Of a stretch of DNA of 64,000 nt, positions 1 to 14,336 are shown one piece after another (positions within the stretch are counted from its first letter, which is position 1; each line of letters begins with the position of its first letter). The translations under genes and the position numbers were made by a program. The stretch lies in contig CM000154.2 of assembly GCA_000004695.1 (NCBI GenBank), positions 3,712,001 through 3,776,000 on the forward strand, given 5' to 3'. Below the pieces are notes generated by a model. That model had not been told where the DNA came from. It ran no database searches and worked only from the letters and a program-made list of their open reading frames with translations. Origin of the DNA: Dictyostelium discoideum (lineage: Eukaryota).

Positions 1-217
1 AATTACTATTATTATTTGATTTTGACTTTTTGGACTTGATCATTTTTTTTTTTTTTTTTTTTTTGATTTTTTTTTTTTTTTTTTTTTTTTTTTATATATA
101 TATATTATTTATATGTTATTATTTGATTATTATTTTTTTTTTTGATTTTTTTTTTTTTTTTTGATTTTTTTTTTTGATTTTTTTTTTTTGATTTTTTTTG
201 ATCTAAAAATAGAATAT

Positions 218-1933
218 TTAAACTGGTTCTATTATTGGGTTTTCTTTACCATTATTATGATTATTTAAATCAGCACCATTATTAGTTGGTTGTAATTGTT
301 GTTGATTTTGTGATTGTTGATTATTAGTTTGTTGTTGTTGATCTTTTCTAGAACAATTTTTTGGAATAGCACTAATTTTCATTGGATAAATAAAGATTGT
401 TGCTAAAAGGAACCAAAATGAACTAATACCAAAAACAATAGCATAACCATATTGTGAAGAAATTTTAGTACCATTTTCAAGGGTAATTTGAGTAGCTTGT
501 AAGATGCTACCAGTGATAGCTGGAGCAACTACAGTTGGAGCGATAAAAGAGATATGCCAAATACCCATATCTTTGCCAATGGTTTTATTTGGTAATGAAT
601 GAAGTGCCAATGCCCAATCAACACATTGATAAGCACCATAACCAACACCTAAGAAACCTGATAGAATCAACAAACCAGCAAATGAAGGATTGAATGAAAT
701 TGTGATTAATAAAGCTATAGCCACAACTTGAATACCACTACTAATGTATACTAATAGTTTTGTACTGTAAAAATCAGCTAAATAACCACCAGCGATTGAA
801 GCGGGTATGGAACACATGACCAACACCACTATGATATAACTATTTGTCATTAAATTCGTTTGACCAATGATATCAGTGGCGAAATATAACAAGAAACTAA
901 AGATCATGTAGATACCAAGTGTATTGAAGAAACGGGTGATTAAGACCCAATAAAAGTTGAAATAGATACTTGATGGGAGATGCAAAGATTTGAAGAAACT
1001 TGGTAAACTACCATCGAATGACCATTCATCATTAGAATCTTCATGCATTGTACAGATGGTGATCAATGCGGAAATACCAAGGAAGGCAATGGTTGCACCA
1101 TACAAATACCATGTATGAATTACATTTTTCACTTCTAATAAAGTACCAAACAAAATTGTACCAATCAATAGACCCAATGAAAAACCAACACCTAACCAAC
1201 CACTTGCAATACCAGATTGTGAAGGATGTACAACATCTGGAATGATACCAGAGAATGCACCACCTGCAATACCTTGACCAAGTTGATAACCACTACAAAC
1301 TATAATAAATCCACCAATTGAATGATATGGTTGATCAAATGTTGCCTCTAAACATAAAAATATAATCATTATCATCGTTCCAACCAATAGATATGGTCTT
1401 CTTCTTCCAAATGGTGTTTTTGTATGATCACTAATATATCCAAATATTGGTGTAATCAATAAATTTATAAACATTCCACTAATTGGTAATATACCATTCC
1501 AATATGTTTTATCTTCTGGTCTTAATATTGAAACTTGATATGGAATTGCAAATGCTGCTGTTGCACCTTGAACAACACTATATCCAAAAAACCATCTTTT
1601 AAAAAAATTAAAAAAAAAAAAAAAAAACAAATAAATAATAAATTAAAAAAAAAAAAAAATTAATATTAAATTTATTATAATAATTTTATATTTATATATT
1701 TCTATATATGTATATTTTTATAAAATTATAATAATAATAATAATAATAATTATAATAATTAATTACATTGATATTTTTATAAAAAATAAAGATGATGATA
1801 TAAAGCTACTTCTAATTTTAATATTATCACGACTATCTTTACTACTTGCTTCTGATATTATTTCTGAACTTTTTGTATGTTCTGATGAATATGTTAAGGT
1901 GGTTTCTGATGTTGCTGATTCCATTTTATCCAT
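218..1933 (-). CDS. MFS permease of the GPH/sucrose-H+ symporter (SLC45/SUT-like) family, 2 exons
   Basis: Exons complement(1767..1933, 218..1595). Exon 1 encodes MDKMESATSETTLTYSSEHTKSS... and ends at donor GTAATT. Acceptor is AAAAG at 1596-1597. The protein has ~12 predicted TM helices and the SUT-family signature FGRRRPYLLVG after TM2. The C-terminus has a Q/N-rich tail. The ORF-track start MFFFFFF is a poly(A) artefact. Confidence 0.75.
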
Positions 1934-2344
1934 ATTCTTTTAATTATATTAATAATAAAATTATTTTTATTATTTTTATTTATTTTTAAAATAGTTTTTT
2001 TACTATTATTGTTGTTTTTTTTATTGTTTCTATTATTTTCTTTTTTTTCACTTCTAATACTATAAATATTTCTATTTTTATTGTTTTTACTATATTTAAA
2101 ATTTACAAAATATAAAATAATAAAAATAACAATAATAATAATTATTTTTGAATTTAAATAATTAATTTTTGAATTTGTATAATTATGAACTATTTCTATT
2201 TTTGATCATTAAAAATAAAATAAATAAAATAAAATAAATAAATTAAATTAAATTAAATACATTAAAAATAACAATAATTAAAATTTAAAAATAAAGTATT
2301 ATTATTAATGTTTTTAAGGTTTTCCCTTTTTCTTCTTCCCTCTC

Positions 2345-2399
<55 letters not shown>

Positions 2400-2834
2400 T
2401 TTATTATTTTTATTATTTTTATTATTATTATTGATTTAAATAAATCTATTTATAATTATTTTTTTTTTTTTTTTTTTTTTTTTTATTTTTTATTTTTTTT
2501 TTTTTTAAAAAAATAAATAAAAAATTTAATATGTATATATAGAGAGAGGAGTGAATACTATTATTGGTTATTTGATAATTTAATTTGTTTTTTTTTATTT
2601 TTTTTTTTTTAAAAAATAAAAAAGGTGATTAAAACAAAAAAAAAAAAAGAAAAAAAAAAAAAAAAAAAAAAAAAATTAAAAGGTTCAAATTAAATCAATA
2701 AAATATTGTTATTTTTTATTTATTGTTGTTTTTGTTAAAAAAAAATTATTATATGATAATATTTTAATTTTTTTAATAATTTGATTAAAAAAAAAAAAAA
2801 AACAAATAAATAAGAAGATATTTTGGTTTTACTA

Positions 2835-2953
2835 TATATTATAACAATATTAANNNNNNNNNNNNNNNNNNNNNNNNNNNNNNNNNNNNNNNNNNNNNNN
2901 NNNNNNNNNNNNNNNNNNNNNNNNNNNNNNNNNNNNNNNNNNNNNNNNNNNNN
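2835..2953. other. assembly gap (N run)
   Basis: 119 consecutive N. Confidence 0.99.
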
Positions 2954-3375
2954 AAAAATTTTATAATATATATATGTGTGTATGCAAGTATAAAAATTAT
3001 CATATATAGTCAAAAGAGCAGTAAACCCATTTTTTTATCATTATACTTTATTTATTTTTAAAAAAATAAATATAAATAAAATAAAAATAAAAAAATAAAA
3101 TTAAAAACTATTTTTATTTTTAATTATTTTTTTTTATTTTGAACGATTCATTTTATTTGTATAATAAATTAAATTTTATTTTTGTTACTAAACATGGAGT
3201 GAGGGTAACCATTTTTGAAATATGATTCAAATCTTATTTTTTGTAAAAAATAAGATAATCACTGATAGATGTTATGTTAAAAAGTGTAAAAACAACACCA
3301 CAATTAATAAAAAACATTTAATAATACAAATAATCTATTGACATTTTGAAAAGTCATTTTTTTTTTTTTTTTGAG

Positions 3376-3407
<32 letters not shown>

Positions 3408-4193
3408 AATAATAATTAAATTTAAAAAATACGAATATGATAATATTATTGGTAATAGTATATTTGTGGTGAAAATAATAATGATTATTTTAATTTTTTT
3501 ATTTTATTTTAAAATTTTTGGTTGTCTATGTTTGTTAATAAAGATATTGTTTCTTTGATAAATTGTAAAATATTATAAAAAAGACCAATAGGACTAAAAT
3601 CATTTATAATAAATAAAATAAAATAAATATATATATATACACACACCACACATAACACATCACATTTCGATTTTTTTTGTTTAGAGTTATACATTTATTT
3701 AGTATATATATATATTGGGCAAGGTTAAAAAAAAATAAAAAAAAATAAAAAAAAACCAAACGAAACAAAAATAAATAAAAAAATAAAATGATGATTATTT
3801 TAAGATTAAATTATTTTTTTTCTATTTTAAGACTATATGTAAAAATAAAATTCGAAAATTAATGCGGAAATATAATAGTGGTCATTATTTTAAATATAAT
3901 TTAAATAAAAAAAAAAATAAAAAAAAAAGTGTCTTTTACTAAATTTAAATTTGGTGGATATTGCGAATGTGTATTTATTAAATTTAACTTCTATTGAAAT
4001 TTTTTTTTTTTTTTTTTTTTTTATTTTATTTTGTTTTGTTTTCAATTAATATTTTAATTTTTATTTTTTATTTTTTTATTTAATTTTAAAAAATAAAATG
4101 ATATGATTGTGATGAAGATTATGATTATGATTATGCATTTACTATTTTAGTAATTTTTTTTATTATTTTTTTTAAATTTAAAATTTAAAATTT

Positions 4194-4293
4194 NNNNNNN
4201 NNNNNNNNNNNNNNNNNNNNNNNNNNNNNNNNNNNNNNNNNNNNNNNNNNNNNNNNNNNNNNNNNNNNNNNNNNNNNNNNNNNNNNNNNNNNN
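4194..4293. other. assembly gap (N run)
   Basis: 100 consecutive N. Confidence 0.99.
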
Positions 4294-5212
4294 TTTTTTT
4301 TAGATGATTTATTGAAATACTAGTCTCATATATATATTAAATTTTATATTCTATTGTACAAAGAAATTGATCATTATCAATTTACCCTTTAAAAGATGAG
4401 TAACAAAAATAAAAAATAAAAAAAAAAAAATAAAAATAAAAATAAAAAAAAAATAAAAAAAGTAAAAAAAAAAAAAATTATATTAAATACACAAAGACAT
4501 ATTAATAGAAAGAAAAAAAAAAAAATCAAATAATTATTTGTTTTTTTTTTTTTTTTTTTTTTTTTTAGGATAATTTAGTGTTAAAATATTGTTTTTTTTT
4601 TTTTTTGGGTGTGTTAAAATTATTTTTTCCATTTTTCATCACATAATAATAAAAATAATAATAGCATATATTACACCCACATTCTCCTTCAAATATTTGA
4701 AAATATAATAAAAAAAAATACCACCCCACTCAACATAAATACTAAAATAATTAAAAAAATAATTAAATTAAATTATATAAAAAAAGAAAGAAAAACCCAC
4801 TTACAAACATCATGTGATGTGGTAGTTAAAAACATATAAAAAAATAAAATTCCTCATTAAAATGCTATAGTGTTTTTTATGTCATCTAACTTGCAATATT
4901 ATCCATCTTTGTTAATTCACATTTTTATTTAATTTTTTATTTTTTTCAAATTTATATATTTAATTTGTTTTGTTTTTTTTTATTTTGTCTTGTTTTTTTT
5001 TATTTTTGTTTTGTTTTTTTTTTTTTTTTTTTTTTTTCTCACTCAAATCGTAAGATGTAAAAAAAAAACGTTAATTATTTTAATTACCACACTGTCACTA
5101 TTTCCTATAAGCAGTATAAACATTTTTTGAAAATTATTTTTTTTAAACATTTTGAATATGGTAATAACAATATAAAAAAAAAAAAATGAATTTACAAACA
5201 AATTGGCAATTG

Positions 5213-5246
<34 letters not shown>

Positions 5247-5346
5247 NNNNNNNNNNNNNNNNNNNNNNNNNNNNNNNNNNNNNNNNNNNNNNNNNNNNNN
5301 NNNNNNNNNNNNNNNNNNNNNNNNNNNNNNNNNNNNNNNNNNNNNN
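5247..5346. other. assembly gap (N run)
   Basis: 100 consecutive N. Confidence 0.99.
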
Positions 5347-5776
5347 TAATAATAATAATAATAATAAAAATAATAATAATAAAAATAATAATAATAATAA
5401 AAATTATAGTACTAAAAAATGAAATAAAATATACTATATAAAATCGATTGATTATTTATTTATTTAATTTTTTCTTTTTTCTTTTTTTGTTTTTTTTCTT
5501 TTTTTTTTTTTTCTTTTGATCATTACAAATTATTTGATATATTACTTTTTTTGAATTTTTTTTTTTTTTTTTTTTTTTTTTTTCTTGCTCGCGAACAAGG
5601 AATACACAATTTATACTATTACTGTGATAATTTTCATTTGTTGTTTTAATTATTATTACTATTATTATTATTACTATTATTTTTTGATTTTTTTTTTTTA
5701 ATTTTTGATTTTTTTTTTTTTTTTTTTTTGGTTCCAAAAAAACCTGGAAATAAATTTTTTTTTTTTTTTTTTTTTT

Positions 5777-7423
5777 TTAATCCTTTAAGATTGAATCAGC
5801 TACATAAGTGAAACCTTCAAAGCTTGTATCTTTACCCATAGCATCACCTAAAGCACTTGTTTCAACCAAACTATCCATTGGTCTTTCTTGAGTGAAAACT
5901 GGATCAATTTGACTAATATCTGTGCCAGATTTAACTTTTGGTTTAAAGTGAACTTCAACTTCTTTTCTATCCAATTTCTCCCAGTCAATATTTTTGAACC
6001 ATGGATGTTGTTTAACTTCACCACCACCTTTAGTTCCAAGTCTTTTATCAACTTCTCTAGTTAATAACTATAAAAAAATTTAAAATTTAAATAAAATAAA
6101 ATAAAATAAAATAAAATAAAATGTTATTAATTATTAATTATTATTATTAAATATATTGTGTATACATACACCTTCTAATAATGATTTTGCTTCTGGTGAA
6201 ATATAAGTTGGAATTTTTAATTCACCATTTAAAATTTTTTGATACATTGTTGATACATTTTGAGAGTAGAAAGGTGGTAAACCAGTTAACATCTCATAGA
6301 GAAGAGTTCCAAGAGACCACCAATCGACGGCACAACCATGACCATGACCATTCAATACCTCTGGTGCTAAATACTCTGGTGTACCACAGAAAGTGAATGT
6401 ACCATCGGTTGTTTCAATCTTTTTAGATAACCCAAAATCAGTGATACAAATATGACCTTCACTATCTAATAAAATATTCTCTGGTTTCAAATCACGATAT
6501 ACAATATCTTGTTTATGTAAATGATCCAATGCTGATACAATCTCTGCTGCATAAATCTTTACTCTTGGTTCTGAAAATCTACCTTCTCTCTTTAAATGGA
6601 AAAATAATTCACCACCATTAACAAAATCTAATACCATATATAATTTATCTTTTGTCTAAATATAAATATAAAATAAAATAAAAAATAATTAATATTATTT
6701 TTTAAATTTTTATAAAAAAAAAAAAAAATAAAAAAAAAGTACTTATTACTTATTACTTACTTGAAAAGCATAATGTAAATTTACAATGAATGGATGAGAA
6801 ATACATTGAAGGATAGTTTTCTCAGATTTAGTATGATTGACTTGTTTACGAGCAATGATAGCATCTTTACGTAAAACTTTCATAGCAAAGATTTTATCTT
6901 CACCCTTTTTCTTAACTTGCATAACTTTACCAAAACTACCTTTACCAATTACATTTAATAATTCAAAATCATCTTTTGTTGCTGATTGTTTATTCTTTGA
7001 AAAAATGACTTCCTCTGGTCCTTCATCTTCATCATCATTACCATTTCCACTACCATTTGGTGAATCTGGTGAACTTGATGCTTCATTTGATGCACCATTT
7101 ATATTATTATTATCTGTATTTTTTTGTGATTCTTCAATAGTTGGTGTACCTGTTTGAGTAATTGGTGTTTGGGTAGCTGGTGCTGGTATATTTTGTTGTT
7201 GTTGTTGCTCTTTATTATCTAATGAAACTGCTGCTGTAGTCGTTTGTTGTTGTTGTTGTTGTTGTTGTGCACTATTATCTAAATTTTGTTGAGTTGGTGT
7301 TGGTGTTGGTGTAGGTGTTGATGTTGGTGTTGTTTCATCATTTTTATTTCCTTTTTTTGGTTTTCCTGCTTTGGCGGGTTTACCTGATCCTCCATTCTTT
7401 ATTTTACTTTGTCCTTTTCCCAT
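5777..7423 (-). CDS. pkgB: AGC-family Ser/Thr protein kinase PKBR1 (Akt/SGK-related, myristoylated, no PH domain), 3 exons, 479 aa
   Basis: Exons complement(6761..7423, 6170..6655, 5777..6067), with donors GTAAGT and GTATGT. N-terminus MGKGQSK is an N-myristoylation motif. Kinase motifs are [22 protein letters not shown] and the activation loop [14 protein letters not shown]. An AGC C-terminal extension carries the hydrophobic motif [10 protein letters not shown]. The spliced length of 479 aa matches PKBR1. Confidence 0.9.
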
Positions 7424-7661
7424 TTTTTTATTTTTTTTATTTTTCCTTTAAAATAAAGAAATAATCAAAAATAAATATGTAATAATAAATATAATAAATA
7501 AATTAAAATAAATAGATTTTTTTTTTTTTTTCTCTTCTTTTTGTTTTGGCTTTTGTTTTTTTTTTTAAAAAATTTTAATTTGATTTTGATTTTAAATTCT
7601 TGATTTTTGTGATTATTTTTTTAACTAAATCTAAAATTATTTAATTTAATATTAAAATTAT

Positions 7662-7692
<31 letters not shown>

Positions 7693-8018
7693 GAGAGAGA
7701 AAGAGAGTGTGTTTGAGAGAGAGTGTGTGTGTGTGTGTTTTAAAAAAAAAAAATTTTATTATTGTTTTTTAAAAATAGGTGCGTTTCTAAAAATAAATAT
7801 TTATTGAAAAAAAAAAAAAAAAAAAACCCCCCCCAAATAAAATAAAAAAAAAAAAAAAATAAAAAAACCCAAATAAAAACCCAAAAAAATAATTTTATAA
7901 TTTAAAAATTATTGATGAGAGTGATATTTAATATTTAATTGGTGATAAAATTGTATATAAAATGAAAATAACAATTTATATTAAAAAAAAAAATTAAAAA
8001 AAAATTAAAAATAAAATA

Positions 8019-8054
<36 letters not shown>

Positions 8055-8055
8055 A

Positions 8056-8093
<38 letters not shown>

Positions 8094-10018
8094 AATAATA
8101 ATAAAAAAAAAAATTTAGATAGGGTGTGATAGTGAGTTTGGTGGTTGAATGATTTTTGTGTCTGTGTTATTGGTGTGAGAAAGAGAGTGAGAAGAAAAAA
8201 AAAAAAAAAAGAGTTTGCTGAATTATATTTTGATATAATAAAAAAAAAAAAAATAATAATAATAATAATAATAATATTTATATTTTTATTTTATTTATAT
8301 TTAAATTATGATTATGATTATTGATGATTGTACGGAGATGTAATAGGTTAAATTGTTTTATATATTTATACATATTTTAAAACATTATATATATATAACA
8401 AGGTTTGTATATTGTAAAGTGGTTATAATCATCACATATTATTATTATTATTACTAATGAATATACTTTTTTTTTTTTTTTTTTTTTTTGTTAAAGGAAT
8501 TAATAATAATAAAAAAATTAAATTAAATAAAGTGGAATAAAATAAAACCAAACCCTTTTTTAAAAACTTTTTAAATAAATATATATTCCCCAATTATTAT
8601 TGATTACAGCCGCCGGGTTAAAAAAAAAAAAAAAAAAAACCAATAAAAAAAAAAAAAAAAATCAAAAAAAATCAAAAAAAAAAAAATCAAAAAAAAAAAA
8701 AAAATTTTAACTGTCTAACGCCTTTTTCTTTTTGATTTATTATAATAATTGTACAAATATGAAAATATTTTAAAAAATAAAATAAAAACAAAAAAATAAA
8801 AGGAAAAAAAAAAAAAAAGAAAAAGAAAAAAAAAAGATATAAAAAGTAAAAGAAATTGTATTTTTACTTTAATTTTCTTTTTAATTATTTTATTATTTTT
8901 TGTGGGCCGCAAGAAAAAAAAAAGAATAAAAATAAAAAAATAAAAAAATAAAAAAATAAAATAAAAAAAAAAGATATTTTTTGGAGTAGTGGGAACATGG
9001 GTGATAAAAAATAAAATAAAAAAATAGATATTTTCATTTCAATATTACCACTTTAAGATACTGCACGTGAGAAGTTACAACAATGTAGAAAAAAAAAAAG
9101 TTAAAAAAAAAAGAGAGATTTAAATAAAGTTAATCAAATTTGGGGGCTCTATTACTTTTTTATCATTTTTTTTTTTAATTAATTCTTTGGTGAATTTACT
9201 TTTTTTTTTTTTTTTTTTTGGTTTCACAATAAAAAATATTTTCCCCCATCTCACTATCAAATCGATCGGACAAAAAAAAAAAAAAAAAAAATTAAAAAAA
9301 AAAAAAAAAAAAAAAATCCAATTGTATTTCAATACAATCACTACACATCTAATAGATTGTGGAACTGTTTAATTAAATTTTATTTTTTATTATTTTTTTC
9401 TTGTTTTATATTTTTTTTATTTTTTTTTTTTTTTTTGGTTTTGTTTAAAAAAAAAAAAAAAAAATTGGAAATTTATTTTTCTTTGAGGTGGGGTGGTTAT
9501 TTAAAATTAGTTTTTTTTTTTATTATTATTTTAAATATTTTAATTATTCTTTTTTTTTTTTTTTATTACTTTAATAAAAGGGACTTTTTTTTTTTTTTTT
9601 TTTCTTAAATGAAAGAAATGGAATTGGAAATTTCCCAAAAAAAAAAAAAAATTTTATTTCTTAAAATGGACAAACTCCCAAAAAAAAAAAAAAAAAGGGG
9701 TGTAACAACAAATGTTTTTTATTAAATTAATTTAATTTATTTTTTATTTTAATTTAATTTTTTATTTTTTTTTTTATTTTTTTTTTTCTCTTTCATTTAA
9801 TACTTTTTTTTTTTTTTAAAATTTTTATATATATAAAAAATTAATTTTATCTTTCATATCATTTTTTTTTTTTTTTTTTTTTTATTATCTCTTTTTTTTA
9901 TTTTTAAAATTACATTTTTTAGTATTACTATAATTTATATCATACAAGTAAATATTAACTAATTAAAATTATTAAAACATTTTTTAAAATATGTGATACT
10001 AATTTTTTTTTTTTTTCC

Positions 10019-10115
10019 AAGATTAAAAAAAAAACTGAAAAACTGAAAAACTAAAAAACTAAAAAACTAAAAAAACTAAAAAACTAAAAAAACTAAAAAA
10101 CTAAAAAACTAAATC
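10019..10115 (+). repeat. (CTAAAAA/CTGAAAA)n minisatellite, ~12 units, immediately upstream of the miox start codon
   Basis: Direct tandem 7-8 bp units read in the sequence: actgaaaaactgaaaaactaaaaaactaaaaaa... Confidence 0.9.
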
Positions 10116-10126
10116 TTAAAAAAAAA

Positions 10127-11282
10127 ATGATAGAAACTAGAACAACAACATCAACAAGTGAAATTAAACATGATAATTCATTAAAAACTGGATTTGAAAT
10201 TACTAAAGAGGTTGAAGAATTTAGAAATTATGAAAATAGTGAAGATAGAGTATCAGAAGCTTATAGGAATAGTCATACTTATCAAACATATGATTATGCA
10301 ACTGAAAAGAAGAAACAATATTCTCAATTGGATACAAGTATAAAAATGGGATTATGGGAAGCTGCTGAACTATTAAATACAATCATTGATGAAAGTGACC
10401 CAGATTCAAATATTCCTCAAATTAATCATTGTCTTCAAACTGCTGAAGCAATTAGAAAAGTATACCCTGATTCAAAATATGATTGGTTTCATTTAACTGG
10501 TTTCATTCATGATCTTGGTAAAGTTTTATTATCTAAAAAATTTAAAGAACAACCACAATGGGCAACTGTTGGTGACACTTTTCCATTAGGTTGTAAATTT
10601 GATGGTAAATATATATATATTAAATTAATATATAAATTTATAAAGAAAATAATTATTAATTAATTTTTTTTTTTTTATTTTTTTATTTTTTTATTTTTTT
10701 ATTTTTTAGAAAGTAATATTTTTTATGAATTTTTTAAAATGAATCCAGATTATAATGATAGCAAATATAATAGTGAATGTGGTATATATAAAAAGAATAT
10801 TGGATTGGAAAATGTTACAATGAGTTGGGGACATGATGAATACTTTTATTTGGTTTGTGTTGGAAATAAATGTTTATTACCTAAAGAATCGCTTTATATG
10901 ATTAGATTCCATTCTTTTTATCCATGGCATAGACATAATAAATATACTCATTTAACAAATGAAGAAGATGAAAAAATGCTAAATTGGGTAAAGGAATTTA
11001 ATAAAGTAAGTTTTTTATTTATTTATTTTTTTTGGAAAATAAAAGAAATTTTTTAAAAAAAAAAAAAAAAAATTATTATCTTTTTTTTTTTTTTTTTTCT
11101 TATACTAATTTATTGATTTTTTTTTTTTTTATTTTATTTTTTTTTTATAATAATATTAATAATAATTACTACATAAGTTTGATTTATATTCAAAAGACAG
11201 TGAGCCAGTGGATGTTGAATCTTTAAAACCATATTATCAATCTTTAATTTCAAAATATTTCCCAAACGAACTTCATTGGTGA
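10127..11282 (+). CDS. miox: myo-inositol oxygenase (MIOX), 3 exons, 292 aa
   Basis: Exons 10127..10604, 10710..11005, 11178..11282, with donors GTAAAT and GTAAGT. MIOX HD-domain motifs are present: DPD, HCLQTAEAIR, HLTGFIHDLGK, FPLGCKFDES, MSWGHDEYFYLV, RFHSFYPWH. The C-terminus is ...KYFPNELHW*, collinear with human MIOX. Confidence 0.9.
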
Positions 11283-11540
11283 TTAAAATTTTCACTCTCC
11301 CCAATTAATGCACAACTTTGTGTAAATTCAAAGAAAAAAAATAAAATAAAAAAAATAAAAAAAAAAGAAAAGAAAAATTAATGAAAAAAAAAAATAAAAA
11401 AACAAAAAATAAAAAAAATAATAAAAAAAGATATATAATAAAAAATAAAATACTTTATTTCATTTATTTTTTTCTATTTTTATTTACATTATCATTTTTT
11501 CATTTTCCCAAAAAATTAAAAAAAATTTAGAATTAATAAT

Positions 11541-11574
<34 letters not shown>

Positions 11575-11871
11575 TTTTTTTTGTTTTTTTTTTTTTTAAT
11601 TTATTTTTTTTTTAATTTATTTTTTTTTTTTTTTTTTTTAATTTAATTTGAAACTCAAAAATTTTTTTTTTTTTTTTTTATTTTTTTTAATATAAAAATT
11701 ATATAAAACACATAGTCAAAAAAAAAAAAATTTTAATATCACACCACTACTATTACAACTTGTTATCATTACCTATTTACATTTTCCTCCTTATTTTATT
11801 TATTTTTATACAAATAATTTAAAAATACACACACACACAACATAAATAATTAATAATAATAATAATTAAAA

Positions 11872-12975
11872 ATGGTTACAGAATTAGTTGATAAAGCCAC
11901 AAATGAATTATTAATTCAAACCGATTGGACAACAGTTTTACAAATTAGTGATATCTTAAATAGAGATCCAATTCAGTAAGTATTAAAATTTTTTTTTATT
12001 TTTTTTTATTTTTTTTTATTTTTCAAAATTAAATAATTAACCTAAACTTTAATTTAAAGTGCAAGAGGAGTTGTTAGACAGGTTACGAAAAAGTTAAAAG
12101 ATAGATCAAGAGTTATTTTATTAGCTTTGGAGTTAGCAGATTCTTTACTCCAAAATTGTCATTGCACTCATGTCTATTTTGCAGAGAGAACTTTTCAAAC
12201 TGAATTATGTAGATTAATTATGAATAAAAAGGTAAATATTTATTTATTTATTTTTATTATTTATTGTTTATTATTTATTAATTTTATTTTAATTTTTTTT
12301 TAATTTTTTTTAATTTTTTTTTATCATTTTATTATTATTAATAATAATTTAGACAAAATTGAATGTTAAAGAAAAAACATTAGAAATTGTAGAGAGTTGG
12401 GGAAATGCATTCCAAGCTAGACACGATGTACCAGGATTTTATGAAACTTATTCATTTATTAAACGTTCTGGTTACAAATTCCCACCAAAACCAAGCGATG
12501 CACCAATTTTGAATTTTAATAATTCACCAGCAAAGAGAACAGTTAGTACTACCATCTTAACTAATAATAGTCATTCAACTACTCCACCACAAGCAAATGT
12601 TCCATCATTTAATAATGTATCAAGTGTTGGCTCCAACAACGCTGGTGGTGGTGGTTCATCCTCTCAACCAATAAAGAATCAAGAAATCTCTTCAATTAAA
12701 GGTTCAACTTCTGTATTCAATGAAATGATTTCCTTCTTGAATGTTGAAGATGAAGATCCACAAGAAAATGATTTAATCAAAGAGTTGTTTGAAACTTGTA
12801 AACAATCCCAAATTAGAGTAAAAGAAATGATTGAATCTGGTTCAACCAATGAAAGAGATTTAAATGTTTTATTGAAATTAAATGATGAAATTAATAATGC
12901 ACTAAATGATCATGAAGCTTGTATAAAAAGAAGAAGAGCATTCGTTGAAAATGGATATAAGCCAGTCCCACCACC

Positions 12976-13040
<65 letters not shown>

Positions 13041-13874
13041 CACATTCAAATAATCATAATGGTACTACAACTACAACCACCACAAATAATAATAATAAAA
13101 ATCCATCATATCTTACAAAGCATAAAGAATTAGAAGAAATTGATTTCTTTAAAGCACCTGACGGAATCAGTCCATATTCTGTTCAACAACAATTACAACC
13201 TTTCCAACAACAACAATTTAATAGTACTTATAATCCATTTGCTCAACCTCAACCTCAACAATTCCAACAACAACCACAACAACAACTCCAACAGCAACCA
13301 CAACAACAACAGGGATTTAATCAAAGAATACAGCAACCACAACAACAAGCAGATGCTTTTGATTTATTTGTAGCAAACAGACAACAAAGTAATAATAATA
13401 ATAATAATAATAATATAAATAATACTACAAGTAGTTTTGGAGCAAATAATCCATTTGCAAATAATAGTAGTAATAATAATAATACTAATGGTGCAATTCA
13501 ACCATACATACCAAATACAGCAAAGTCACTTCCGCCAGTTTCACAACAACTACAACAACCAATGCAAAATCAATTCTCACCACAACCACAAAAATTTGTT
13601 GGATCATCAATAACTCCATCTGCACCACCTCCATTTAAACCAAATACAACTCAATCAAACCCATTCAATACCTCTCCACCACTTAATAATATGAACAACC
13701 ACAACAATAATATGATGCAACAACAACAACCACAACAACAACAACAACAACAACCACAACAACAATTTAACCCAATGTATAACAATAACGCAATGGCTCC
13801 AAGTTACCCAAACTATAACGCAATTGGAGCTGATAATCAACACAATACTAACCCATATGGTATGATGAATCATC

Positions 13875-13906
<32 letters not shown>

Positions 13907-14068
13907 CCAATGATGAATCAAATGAATAATTTTTCAGCACCAACATACTCTCAATTTACAAACTACGCCCAACCAAACCAACAACCATACAATAATAACT
14001 ATGGAGGAATGAACCAATCAAATATGTATCCAAATAATAATATGAGTGGTAAATCATCTCTTATTTAA
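11872..14068 (+). CDS. tom1: Tom1-like VHS + GAT domain protein (ancestral ESCRT-0 component) with long polyQ/polyN C-terminal region, 3 exons
   Basis: Exons 11872..11975, 12060..12231, 12353..14068, with donors GTAAGT and GTAAAT. The VHS domain begins MVTELVDKATNELLIQTDWTTVLQISDILN... and runs to ...AFQARHD. The GAT region is IKELFETCKQSQIRVKEMIE...LNDEINNAL. A (CAA)20 tract follows. The exon-2 acceptor phase is approximate. Confidence 0.8.
12981..13040 (+). repeat. (CAA)n coding microsatellite (polyQ in Tom1)
   Basis: About 20 perfect CAA units. Confidence 0.95.
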
Positions 14069-14286
14069 ACACATTCAAAGAATAAAAATATAAAAAACAA
14101 AAAAAAGTTAAACAAAATGTAATATTGAAATAAAAAAGAAAAAAAATATAAAAAAAAAATAAAAAAAAATAAAACTTTTTTTTAAAATCATTTTATAAGA
14201 TATAAAAATAATTATTATTTGATTTATTATTTTTTTTATTTTATTTTTTTTTAAATGAATGGGTTAAATATAATCTATTTTATTCC

Positions 14287-14336
<50 letters not shown>

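Noticed and set aside
2735-5737. ORFs at 2735-3013, 3346-3694, 5186-5422 and 5456-5737 with poly-K/F/N runs or spanning N runs
   Set aside because: They are translations of homopolymer A/T tracts, (AAT)n, or N gaps. They have no complexity and no splice context, so they are treated as AT-rich intergenic DNA with gaps.
6181-7157. Plus-strand ORFs 6181-6396 and 6837-7157 inside pkgB
   Set aside because: They are antisense to a well-supported kinase CDS and show no domain signal.
8715-9608. ORFs 8715-8912, 9120-9341, 9187-9372 and 9357-9608 in the pkgB/miox intergenic region
   Set aside because: Poly-F/K low-complexity artefacts of T/A runs.
12945-13921. ORFs 12945-13133, 13140-13373 and 13655-13921 within tom1
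   Set aside because: Alternative-frame or antisense readings of the (CAA)n/(AAC)n region, giving polyN or polyL. The sense frame is the Q-rich Tom1 tail.
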